11,719 nucleotides of DNA from Prasinococcaceae sp. CCMP 1430 (Eukaryota > Plantae > Prasinodermophyta), in assembly GCA_013416795.1 (NCBI GenBank), contig RQSC01001361.1, forward strand, positions 22,367 to 34,085, given 5' to 3'. The stretch's first letter is position 1. Every line of letters begins with the position of its first letter. Made by a program: the position numbers and the translations under genes. This document shows, in pieces, positions 11,595 to 11,719 of this stretch. Under the pieces are notes generated by a model, which saw nothing but the letters and a program-made list of their open reading frames with translations, had not been told where the DNA came from and ran no database searches.

Positions 11595-11629
11595 GCCCCG
11601 CCCCGCCCCGCCCCGGAGGATTAAAAATA
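11595..11629. promoter_or_regulatory. Possible promoter elements: (GCCCC)4 GC-box array followed by TTAAAAATA
   Basis: Tandem GC boxes and the only A/T run in a GC-rich noncoding stretch upstream of the hydrolase gene. The target gene and orientation are unknown. Confidence 0.25.
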
Positions 11630-11719
11630 GATGGAGGCCTCGTCGCCCTGCCGGTCCTGCGGCGCACGGCCGCGAGTCGGCCCCCGCCACGCGGGCGCCC
11701 CGCGCGCGTGGCACACGGC

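Overview
GC- and CpG-rich, gene-dense eukaryotic nuclear DNA. The plant-type ATP synthase beta, MTP and TRF2/HOY1-like genes suggest a green alga outside Chlorophyceae (inference). There are two N gaps (6245-7025, 10869-11280) and a single N at 3381. Six protein genes are supported: (1) a TRF2/HOY1 PH-like-domain protein (+, 68-1408); (2) a PTC7-type PP2C phosphatase (-, two visible exons) with an in-frame upstream segment resembling the end of a Lon-N/cereblon domain; (3) mitochondrial ATP synthase beta (-, three visible exons, 5' end in the gap); (4) an Mn-CDF/MTP11-like transporter (+, 7059-8348); (5) a sulfotransferase (+, two exons); (6) a Cys-rich alpha/beta-hydrolase resembling an oomycete-type family (-, 5' end in the gap). 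All five complete introns carry a CTGAC branch motif. The best unexplained signal is an AT-rich 131-nt island in an ATP2 intron (5190-5320, -) that folds as hairpin/H box/hairpin/ACA, a candidate intronic H/ACA snoRNA. Family assignments come from motif recognition; no searches were run.
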